Below are positions 1 through 5,516 of a stretch of DNA of 10,802 nt, in pieces. The notes beneath the pieces are model-generated. The model saw nothing but the letters and a program-made list of their open reading frames with translations. It was not told the DNA's origin and did no database searches. The DNA is from a virus (taxonomy: Duplodnaviria; Heunggongvirae; Uroviricota; Caudoviricetes): the IMG/VR virus record IMGVR_UViG_2698536392_000023, positions 1 through 10,802 of that record; one strand, 5' to 3'. The stretch's first letter is position 1, and the number at the start of each line of letters is the position of its first letter. The position numbers were made by a program, and so were the translations under genes.

Positions 1-258
1 CAGAACCACAACAAAGTAATACTCCGGGGCTCTGGTGGCGCTGATTACTGTGCCTTCTCCACCTGTCGGCTTCACCACAACAGGTGTGCTCACATCACCT
101 TCTGCGACAATCGCCTGAATAAGTGCTGCGCCATCATCCGTATACGAAGAAAACGGCCCACCGTATGGTTGCCATCCTTCACGAATTTTTTGCGCAAGTG
201 CATCAGCAAGGTCTGACGGCGATGCCGCCCTGACCACATCGTAGTGTTTAAATGCCAT
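1..258 (-). CDS. 5' part of a CDS whose N-terminus is in the window (86 codons, continues past position 1); DUF1737-like N-terminus as recalled for prophage NanS-p/YjhS-type esterases
   Basis: ATG at 258-256 (minus) preceded by GGAGGA 5 nt upstream; reverse-complement translation MAFKHYDVVRAASPSDLADALAQKIREGWQPYGGPFSSYTDDGAALIQAIVAEGDVSTPVVVKPTGGEGTVISATRAPEYYFVVVL with no stop before the window edge. Absent from the ORF track, which holds only ORFs with a stop in the window; the track ORF 90..356 is a different frame. Family assignment is from memory. Confidence 0.6.
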   Translation of the reverse strand, partial: MAFKHYDVVRAASPSDLADALAQKIREGWQPYGGPFSSYTDDGAALIQAIVAEGDVSTPVVVKPTGGEGTVISATRAPEYYFVVVL

Positions 259-451
259 GAATCCTCCCGGCCGGGATAATATTGTGAGTAAAATGAGGAG
301 CGGGCTGAAATCCGGAAGTTACAGGACAATGGCAGAAGAGAGACAACAGCCCGCAATACGAAAAAGGCCGCGCTATTGCGCAGAGTGATTACTGTCGGAT
401 ATTATTCGCCAGCTGAAATATTACTTCACGTTTTGTTGTTTATTCCTTGCC

Positions 452-480
452 GCCCGCGTCTCCCTGCGCGGGCTTTTTTT
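452..480 (+). terminator. Rho-independent terminator-like hairpin (GCCCGCG-N8-CGCGGGC followed by T7), plus-strand orientation
   Basis: 7-bp GC-rich stem 452-458/467-473, 8-nt loop, T-run 474-480. Confidence 0.5.
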
Positions 481-491
481 GTCCATAAGAA

Positions 492-511
492 AGCCCCTCC
501 GGAGAGGGGCT
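492..511. other. 8-bp perfect inverted repeat AGCCCCTC-CGGA-GAGGGGCT; with the 452-480 hairpin forms a back-to-back hairpin pair
   Basis: Arms 492-499 and 504-511 are exact reverse complements; on the minus strand it is followed by TTCTTAT. Confidence 0.45.
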
Positions 512-707
512 GGAGAGTGGCGCTATGTGCCATTGCATGGTGCCGGGTGCCTCCCGGTGAATTCAGTACCAGCACCTGAATCCGCGATTATCCCATATAC
601 CTACTCGCTGATTGCCCCTCCGCACAGGGGGATTCACCATGCCAGTTTCTTTTAACAAACTCCCCGCAAACCAGACAACAGTCAACCGCCTGAATTGTGA
701 GACATTT

Positions 708-733
708 AAAAAAAAGGCCCGCAAAAGCGAGCC
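708..733 (-). terminator. Rho-independent terminator immediately after the tRNA cluster
   Basis: Minus-strand read GGCTCGC-TTTT-GCGGGCC followed by T8 (plus A-run 708-715); 7-bp stem with one G-U pair. Confidence 0.75.
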
Positions 734-747
734 AGGGAAAATAAGTG

Positions 748-824
748 TGGCGCGTTGTACTGGATTCGAACCAGTGACCGATTGCTTAGAAGGCAATTGC
801 TCTGTCCGGCTGAGCTAACAACGC
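748..824 (-). tRNA. tRNA-Arg, anticodon UCU (reads AGA)
   Basis: Reverse complement GCGTTGTTAGCTCAGCCGGACAGAGCAATTGCCTTCTAAGCAATCGGTCACTGGTTCGAATCCAGTACAACGCGCCA folds as a cloverleaf: perfect 7-bp acceptor stem, GCTC/GAGC D-stem, anticodon loop CTTCTAA, T-loop TTCGAAT, encoded CCA. Confidence 0.85.
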
Positions 825-837
825 ATGATGCATATAA

Positions 838-914
838 TGGACCGCCATCGGGGACTTGAACCCCGCGCAGCCAGCTTCGAAGGCTGGCGCTCTTTCCTGA
901 TGAGCTAATGGCGG
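838..914 (-). tRNA. tRNA-Arg, anticodon UCG (reads CGA)
   Basis: Reverse complement CCGCCATTAGCTCATCAGGAAAGAGCGCCAGCCTTCGAAGCTGGCTGCGCGGGGTTCAAGTCCCCGATGGCGGTCCA: 7-bp acceptor stem CCGCCAT/ATGGCGG, anticodon loop CTTCGAA, T-loop TTCAAGT, encoded CCA. The 5' nucleotide is C, which is unusual. Confidence 0.75.
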
Positions 915-921
915 TATGTGA

Positions 922-997
922 TGGTGGACCTTGCTGGATTTGAACCAGCGGCCTGGCGATTATGAGTCGCTCGCTCTCACCACTGAGCTAAAGGGCC
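922..997 (-). tRNA. ileZ: tRNA with anticodon CAU; body resembles the Ile2 (lysidine, ileX/ileZ-type) class rather than Met
   Basis: Reverse complement GGCCCTTTAGCTCAGTGGTGAGAGCGAGCGACTCATAATCGCCAGGCCGCTGGTTCAAATCCAGCAAGGTCCACCA; anticodon loop CTCATAA, T-loop TTCAAAT, encoded CCA. Acceptor position 3-70 is a C/T mismatch. Ile2 versus Met isotype is from recalled similarity and phage context. Confidence 0.75.
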
Positions 998-1032
998 GGG
1001 AGCAGAATAATAACGGTCCGTAATTAATTCCG

Positions 1033-1060
1033 CAATAAAAAACCCGCTCGGCGGCGGGTT
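1033..1060 (-). terminator. tR'-like intrinsic terminator downstream of the late promoter
   Basis: Minus-strand AACCCGC-CGCCGA-GCGGGTT followed by TTTTATT; sits about 45 nt downstream of the candidate -10. Confidence 0.65.
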
Positions 1061-1107
1061 GTAGAAACTCTTCTAATGTCAGGCATAAAAAGCCCATCGT
1101 TATGACG

Positions 1108-1135
1108 AATTTACCACAGATTCCGGAAAAATCAA
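1108..1135 (-). promoter_or_regulatory. pR'-like late promoter (Q-modified), sigma70-type
   Basis: Minus-strand TTGATT (plus 1130-1135), 16-nt spacer, TAAATT (plus 1108-1113), immediately downstream of the Q-like stop codon at 1141. Confidence 0.55.
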
Positions 1136-1140
1136 CCTTG

Positions 1141-1962
1141 TTACCTAGTTACCTTTTTTAACTGCCGCTCAGCCCATGCTTCTTCAATATCAAACCGGGT
1201 CACCAGCGCATCATAGAATTTCTTAACTGTTTTTTCCCATGACGCGCGTGTTATCTGGTTTGTCACCTCGCATATAGCATTAAATGCCTCCGTTGATGGT
1301 AGTCTTTTATAGCCACGACCACCACAACGCTGGCAGTCTCTGATAACAGGCATACCACGTTTTACCGACTCTTCACGGTAAAGGGCGACACCACGCCCAC
1401 GGCAATCCTTACAGGCGGTGTAAACCTCACCCTTTCCGCCACACTCCGGACAGGCAACTTTTACCACCTCCCTGACTTTTTTCCATTCTTCCCAGTAAGA
1501 CGGATACACACCTTTCGTACACTTTGCCCATACCGGCGGCTTACCATCCGGATACTGGACCTTGTTTGTAAAAACTACGCTTTCAATAAATTTTTCCCCA
1601 TAGCAACAAGGGCACTGCTTTTTACTCGCTGCGCTGCGGGCATAATCCTCAAAAGCGTACGAAGCCATAATGCGCATCACTAACGGTTTTATTTCTGCCG
1701 GAAGTTTTCTCAACGCCGCCACACGATCGCACCGACTGAGTGCATAATCTGCCAGTAATTCTGTTGCCCGCGCCCTGTCATTCATACTGATGCCCATTTT
1801 CCCCAGGAACGCAGAAAACCCCATCTCAGCCCGATTCTGTGTCATGCTCTGCGCGGCCATCACATCAGTGATACTCAGCGCATCTTTTGACGTTGAGGCC
1901 GATGCATCGGTCAGGCAAGGGGATTTTGGGGAGTAGTATTTCGGTAAATCTTCCAGTTTCAT
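1141..1962 (-). CDS. Q-like late antiterminator (273 aa) with three CxxCxGxG zinc-finger motifs
   Basis: Complete ORF; position directly upstream of the pR'/tR'/tRNA block and downstream of rusA; motifs CPECGGKG, CKDCRGRG, CQRCGGRG; start ATG overlaps the rusA stop (ATGA). Confidence 0.65.
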   Translation of the reverse strand: MKLEDLPKYYSPKSPCLTDASASTSKDALSITDVMAAQSMTQNRAEMGFSAFLGKMGISMNDRARATELLADYALSRCDRVAALRKLPAEIKPLVMRIMASYAFEDYARSAASKKQCPCCYGEKFIESVVFTNKVQYPDGKPPVWAKCTKGVYPSYWEEWKKVREVVKVACPECGGKGEVYTACKDCRGRGVALYREESVKRGMPVIRDCQRCGGRGYKRLPSTEAFNAICEVTNQITRASWEKTVKKFYDALVTRFDIEEAWAERQLKKVTR

Positions 1963-2333
1963 TTTTTGACCTGCCCTTCAAGCATTATGGGGTAAATCTT
2001 CACCCCCAGACGTCCACCAGATACTGGCTGAGCACGAACGATATTGATTTCATCAAACTGCTCATCGTCCATTAGCAACCCCGCATGCGTCAGCGCATCC
2101 AGCGGCGCTTTCAGAATATTGTCCAGGTCACGGCGGCGCTTATCCGGTGGCTCGGCAATAATCTTTATCGCCAGCCTTCCGGACAGGTTTAATTTCAGCC
2201 GCTGCTGGCGAACAATAAGTGCCACATCCCGGCGATAACGCTCACCGGCTTTTGATACAAAATATGTGCTGCCACGACGTCGCCAGTAGGTGTTCACCGT
2301 CGGCGGGTAAGGCAAAACAAACTCTATACGCAT
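1959..2333 (-). CDS. rusA: RusA-family Holliday junction resolvase (124 aa)
   Basis: Typical size; N-terminus LPYPPTVNTYWRR and the DKRRRDLDN acidic motif resemble RusA; SD AAGAGG 6 nt upstream of ATG at 2333. Confidence 0.85.
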   Translation of the reverse strand: MRIEFVLPYPPTVNTYWRRRGSTYFVSKAGERYRRDVALIVRQQRLKLNLSGRLAIKIIAEPPDKRRRDLDNILKAPLDALTHAGLLMDDEQFDEINIVRAQPVSGGRLGVKIYPIMLEGQVKK

Positions 2334-2345
2334 CAGTAACCTCTT

Positions 2346-2873
2346 TTACCCGAGCACGCCGGTTGCAAAGGCGTGATCAAGAAAACGAAAAATTAAATCA
2401 ACCTGGGAACCATGCTTTTCTTCGAACGCCAGTGGATCCGCATGAAGCTCGTTGTGATGCTCCCGACACAGCGGTAGCGTGAAAATATCGTGGGATTTTG
2501 TTCCCATTCCGCCCTGACCATGACCAATCAGATGATGAGGATCGTCCGCTGGCTTACCACAACACGCACACGGCTGTGTCTTTACCCAGCGTGTGTATTT
2601 CTCATTTACCCAGCGGCGACGTTTAGGTCGTTTCATGAAGGATTCCGGAGACTCCGGATCAACGGCAATGCTGACCACCGTCTTTTCCTGTGGTGGGTTC
2701 TGTTGCTGGTGGGTGTGAGGTGGTAGCGCAATATTTTTTGTGCGCTGCTTCAGTATGCTGGTGGCGGTCTGTTCTCCCGGTATGATGTCGCTTTCACGGT
2801 ATACGGAGCGGATTTTTTCCGCCGGTAATCCCAGAGAACAACGCGCTACTGCCTCAGGTAGTGCATCCACCAC
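2346..2873 (-). CDS. HNH-like zinc-finger protein, DUF968/YdfU-like C-terminal region (175 aa as drawn; start uncertain, may be the 3' part of a frameshifted longer gene)
   Basis: Motif CACCGKPADDPHHLIGHGQGGMGTKSHDIFTLPLCREHHNELH. ORF begins with GTG and has no recognisable SD; the same frame stays open upstream to 2954; 28-nt overlap with the upstream ORF. Confidence 0.55.
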   Translation of the reverse strand: MVDALPEAVARCSLGLPAEKIRSVYRESDIIPGEQTATSILKQRTKNIALPPHTHQQQNPPQEKTVVSIAVDPESPESFMKRPKRRRWVNEKYTRWVKTQPCACCGKPADDPHHLIGHGQGGMGTKSHDIFTLPLCREHHNELHADPLAFEEKHGSQVDLIFRFLDHAFATGVLG

Positions 2874-3448
2874 CTGATTGCAGGCCGCCCACAGGATAAT
2901 TCGGCCAGCGATAACTCCCTCTCCTGCGTGCCGCTTATTGCGTGACGGATGACGTCAATCATCCAGGCAACCAGATTCTGCTGAGCAAGTTGATCGAGTG
3001 ATTCTGATGTCTGGTCGCGCAGCTGGTTGTCACAGTGCCAGCACAACACCATCGCGCCGGTACCGTAACGGTGAATGACTGTTTCGCTGTGATGATAATC
3101 GCCGTGTGGCCACTGGCAGGATTTCACGTGACGTAATAACCAGTCAGACAGTGCACCAGCGCCGCCAGCTGCACGAATCACCCGCTCATCGCTGAAAAAT
3201 GGCAGCAGTGATTTATCTTCCGCCAGCGGCTGGCGAACAGTAGGAACCGCTCCAGATGGCAGCGCCCGCATGTTTTTCGGTTCCGGCTCCACCAGTATTC
3301 TGCCGTTATGGAATGCTGACATTGATTCACGGCCTGGCTTAACGATAACCAGACCGAGTTCCGGTACCAGAACAGGTCGAAGTAATACCCGCACATTACC
3401 TCCAGACGCGCTGACGGTAGCAGGCATGTGTCCGTGGCAGATGTGCAC
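2846..3448 (-). CDS. HNH-like motif protein (about 200 aa as drawn; start codon uncertain)
   Basis: Motif CQWPHGDYHHSETVIHRYGTGAMVLCWHCDNQL. ORF-track start is a GTG; first ATG is at 3427; overlaps neighbouring ORFs at both ends. Confidence 0.5.
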   Translation of the reverse strand: MHICHGHMPATVSASGGNVRVLLRPVLVPELGLVIVKPGRESMSAFHNGRILVEPEPKNMRALPSGAVPTVRQPLAEDKSLLPFFSDERVIRAAGGAGALSDWLLRHVKSCQWPHGDYHHSETVIHRYGTGAMVLCWHCDNQLRDQTSESLDQLAQQNLVAWMIDVIRHAISGTQERELSLAELSCGRPAIRWWMHYLRQ

Positions 3449-3668
3449 GAACAGGAAGATATACAGAAACGGTCCAGGTCAGACGATCAGCGTTCAGACT
3501 CCGCTCCACACGGACACCGCGACGCAGATACGCCTCTTGAGGCATATCTGCCTCATCGATCGTACAGAACAGATAGTGAAACCAGCCATACTGAGGCGCA
3601 CGAAAACGCCTCCCCTGCTTAATTTCCAGGTCGGCTTCAGAATTGTGGGATTTTATGTGTTGTGTCAT
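3396..3668 (-). CDS. Hypothetical protein, 90 aa
   Basis: ATG at 3668 with GGAGAA SD 6 nt upstream; the C-terminal 18 codons overlap the next ORF in another frame. Confidence 0.5.
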   Translation of the reverse strand: MTQHIKSHNSEADLEIKQGRRFRAPQYGWFHYLFCTIDEADMPQEAYLRRGVRVERSLNADRLTWTVSVYLPVRAHLPRTHACYRQRVWR

Positions 3669-3717
3669 CGGATTCTCCGGTGACAGCAGGTGTCAGTTGT
3701 TCAGGCTGACTGCGCGA

Positions 3718-3746
3718 ATTGTAAGGCAATACGCCGGAATGTACAA
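3718..3746 (-). promoter_or_regulatory. Candidate sigma70 promoter for the downstream accessory operon
   Basis: Minus-strand TTGTAC (plus 3741-3746), 17-nt spacer, TACAAT (plus 3718-3723). Confidence 0.4.
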
Positions 3747-3771
3747 ACAGAAAACCCGTCAGTAAGACGGG
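3745..3771 (-). terminator. Intrinsic terminator of the YgiW-like moron
   Basis: Minus-strand CCCGTC-TTACT-GACGGG followed by TTTTCTGTTT, beginning 19 nt after the stop codon at 3790. Confidence 0.7.
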
Positions 3772-3789
3772 CTTAACAAGCAGGGGCGG

Positions 3790-4134
3790 TTACTTTAATA
3801 ATTTCAGTGCCTTTACATCAACTTCAACACTGCTCAGGTCTTTATCAATTTCACCCTCAATTCTTACTTTGTCTTTCGGAGAAACATTCTGCCCGGCCCA
3901 TACGCTGTCATCGATATCCGTGACAATTGTCCCGCTATTATCACGAAACTCATAACGTTCATCACCCACTTTTTTAACGATGCTCCCTTCAAGGATAACC
4001 CATGCATCATCCTTCAGTTCTTTTGCCTGCGCTACTGTTGAACGCTCTGCTTCAGGCCCTTGGAAACCGCCCTGCTGTGCAAAAACGCCAAAAGACACAC
4101 CGGAAATAAGTGCTGCAATCAATACCTTTTTCAT
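3790..4134 (-). CDS. YgiW/YdeI (BOF, bacterial OB-fold) family secreted protein with signal peptide (114 aa); prophage moron
   Basis: N-terminal signal peptide MKKVLIAALISGVSFGVFA; family-typical motifs QGGFQGP, DDAWV, SGTI, VSPKDKV, DKD..SVE.DVK; SD AGAGGG upstream; own terminator. Confidence 0.8.
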   Translation of the reverse strand: MKKVLIAALISGVSFGVFAQQGGFQGPEAERSTVAQAKELKDDAWVILEGSIVKKVGDERYEFRDNSGTIVTDIDDSVWAGQNVSPKDKVRIEGEIDKDLSSVEVDVKALKLLK

Positions 4135-4253
4135 TCATAGCCCTCTTTCAGAGATGAACATTCAAACAGCATTTTCAGTATGATAAAGCGCGGGTGCGTT
4201 GAGGATGCCTGACACATCAGAGGTGGCGAGGGATTTCTCCCCCGCCAGGTCTC

Positions 4254-4409
4254 TTACTCCTCAGGTTCGTAAGCTGTGAAGACAGCGACCTCCGTCTGGC
4301 CGGTTCGGATTCGTACCTCGCAGAGGTCTTTCCTCGTTACCAGTGCCGTCACTATGACGGTAATACAGATGACGATCAGGGCGATTAACATCGCCTTTTG
4401 CTGCTTCAT
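4254..4409 (-). CDS. hokD: Hok/Gef-family type I toxin (51 aa), closest in my memory to HokD/RelF
   Basis: MKQQKAMLIALIVICITVIVTALVTRKDLCEVRIRTGQTEVAVFTAYEPEE; SD AAGGAG upstream of ATG at 4409. The ORF-track entry 4254..4466 is the same frame extended to an upstream ATG. Confidence 0.85.
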   Translation of the reverse strand: MKQQKAMLIALIVICITVIVTALVTRKDLCEVRIRTGQTEVAVFTAYEPEE

Positions 4410-4422
4410 AGCCTGCTTCTCC

Positions 4423-4451
4423 TTGCCTTTCGGCGCGTAAGAGGCTAACCT
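4423..4451 (+). promoter_or_regulatory. Candidate promoter for a sok-like antisense RNA
   Basis: Plus-strand TTGCCT (4423-4428), 17-nt spacer, TAACCT (4446-4451); predicted transcript runs antisense across the upstream in-frame ATG (4466) and its GAGG SD. Confidence 0.35.
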
Positions 4452-4584
4452 ACATGTGTCTAGCATGAAATTGGCCTCAGATTAATGTTAGGCGTCTTGC
4501 AGGACGCGTAATGTTAACTGGGGCTTTTCTCTGTCTGCCTTACGGTGGCATGCCCGAGGCAGACAGCCTCAAGCACCCGCAGCA

Positions 4585-4612
4585 ATTCTACTTAACTCTC
4601 GCTTTACCGCAA
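4585..4612 (-). promoter_or_regulatory. Candidate promoter of the hok mRNA
   Basis: Minus-strand TTGCGG (plus 4607-4612), 16-nt spacer, TAGAAT (plus 4585-4590); gives a leader of about 170 nt, typical for hok mRNAs. Confidence 0.4.
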
Positions 4613-4624
4613 ACCGTTTTTACC

Positions 4625-4646
4625 CGATATGGGAATTCCCATATCG
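4625..4646. repeat. 22-bp perfect palindrome CGATATGGGAATTCCCATATCG
   Basis: Exact reverse-complement symmetry; lies between the stop of the 34-aa ORF (4655) and the candidate hok -35. Confidence 0.9.
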
Positions 4647-4654
4647 TAATGAAT

Positions 4655-4759
4655 TCAGTTCCCTAGTCGATCCATCAAAAACACAACCAGGCAGTAAACG
4701 CCCACAACAGCAATAACAGCCAGCGCACCTTCCATTGCCAGTGAAATATCATCCGACAT
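4655..4759 (-). CDS. Small hydrophobic protein, 34 aa (MSDDISLAMEGALAVIAVVGVYCLVVFLMDRLGN), predicted single transmembrane helix
   Basis: ATG at 4759 with strong SD AAAGGAGGG 4-5 nt upstream; absent from the ORF track because it is under 60 aa. Confidence 0.5.
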   Translation of the reverse strand: MSDDISLAMEGALAVIAVVGVYCLVVFLMDRLGN

Positions 4760-4794
4760 ATTCCCTCCTTTGGTGTTAATCCCGGCGAACGTTT

Positions 4795-4878
4795 TTACCC
4801 CCACCGACAAATAACATATACTAAAAAATCAATAGCTATAGCAACGCCTGTAATTGCAAAGGCTTCAGGCCAGATCAT
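4795..4878 (-). CDS. Small hydrophobic protein, 27 aa (MIWPEAFAITGVAIAIDFLVYVICRWG)
   Basis: ATG at 4878 overlaps the stop of the DUF551 ORF (ATGA); SD GGAGG 8-12 nt upstream. Confidence 0.45.
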   Translation of the reverse strand: MIWPEAFAITGVAIAIDFLVYVICRWG

Positions 4879-5460
4879 TGGCGCACCTCCTGCGGCGGTT
4901 CTGGTAGCGGCATCCAGTCGGTTACATTGCGGCTCTGTGTTTCGAAAAATTCATCACCATTACGGACTACATCAAAAAACTCACCGTCTCGATATTGCGC
5001 ATAAAGAACGAATGCGCCATCACATAAAATAATTACGTGCTGACCATCATCCGGCATTCGCTCACTACAGCTTATCCAATCATCCAGAGTTACCGGATAG
5101 TTGGTTGACGTTTCCGAGATTTCCCGAAAATTATTGGTTGACGAACCCTTTTTTTTCCCGAAAGTTTCCAGCCTGAAGCATGGCGGCGCTGTCTGGCGGG
5201 GCAGCATATAGCGGCACGTATATTTCCGGTTCCTTATCAGCACCGGGTTGCTCTTCCAGTGAGAATGTCTTTCCGGTAAATCGATTCATATAAAGCACGG
5301 GCTCTGCTTCCAGCGAAGCCTGAGCAACAAGGGCCAGTGCTAAATCCAACTCAATTGCCTCGAGAGAATTTTTGAATGCTGTCTGTTTTACTGCAAATTT
5401 CATCGCCTTTACATTTTCACTAACATGACTGATTAACTGCTCTTTTGTAAAAGTGGTCAT
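4875..5460 (-). pseudogene. DUF551-domain phage protein split into two frames at an A8 (plus-strand T8) tract
   Basis: Frame A 5460..5131 (ATG at 5460, SD AAGGAG) ends ...REKKGFVNQ; frame B 5243..4875 reads ...FGKKKGSS... and carries the DUF551-like C-terminus (DDWISCSERMPDDG...WMPLPEPP). The frames switch at the T8 run 5149-5156. Confidence 0.6.
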
Positions 5461-5516
5461 CTCATTCTCCTTTGATGCGAATGCCAGCGACAATTGAAGC
5501 CTGATAGCTAATTCAC

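Noticed and set aside
90-356. ORF-track entry, 88 aa, minus strand
   Set aside because: Wrong frame. The same strand has an SD-initiated ATG at 258 whose frame stays open to the window edge and gives a protein-like DUF1737-type sequence; the 88-aa frame is arginine- and serine-rich and has no SD.
376-818. ORF-track entries 376..579 (+), 563..796 (-), 612..818 (+)
   Set aside because: They span terminator hairpins or overlap the tRNA genes, lack Shine-Dalgarno sequences and have low-complexity composition; treated as spurious. This region was also read for stxA/stxB-like genes and none was found.
1887-2726. Plus-strand ORFs 1887..2075, 2044..2238, 2219..2482, 2490..2726
   Set aside because: Antisense to the Q-like, rusA and HNH-motif genes; no SD; typical shadow ORFs.
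3178-3683. ORFs 3178..3396 (-), 3270..3683 (+), 3428..3622 (+)
   Set aside because: Nested in or antisense to the minus-strand coding ORFs of this region; no start signals.
3681-3695. Inverted repeat TGACA-GCAGG-TGTCA, considered as a LexA box
   Set aside because: Does not match the CTGT-N8-ACAG LexA consensus; more likely a small 5' UTR hairpin.
3980-4183. Plus-strand ORF, 67 aa
   Set aside because: Antisense to the well-supported YgiW-like gene.
4254-4466. 70-aa ORF-track version of hok
   Set aside because: The toxin is the 51-aa product from the ATG at 4409 with its own SD; the longer frame is kept only as a possible mok-like upstream start (see hok finding).
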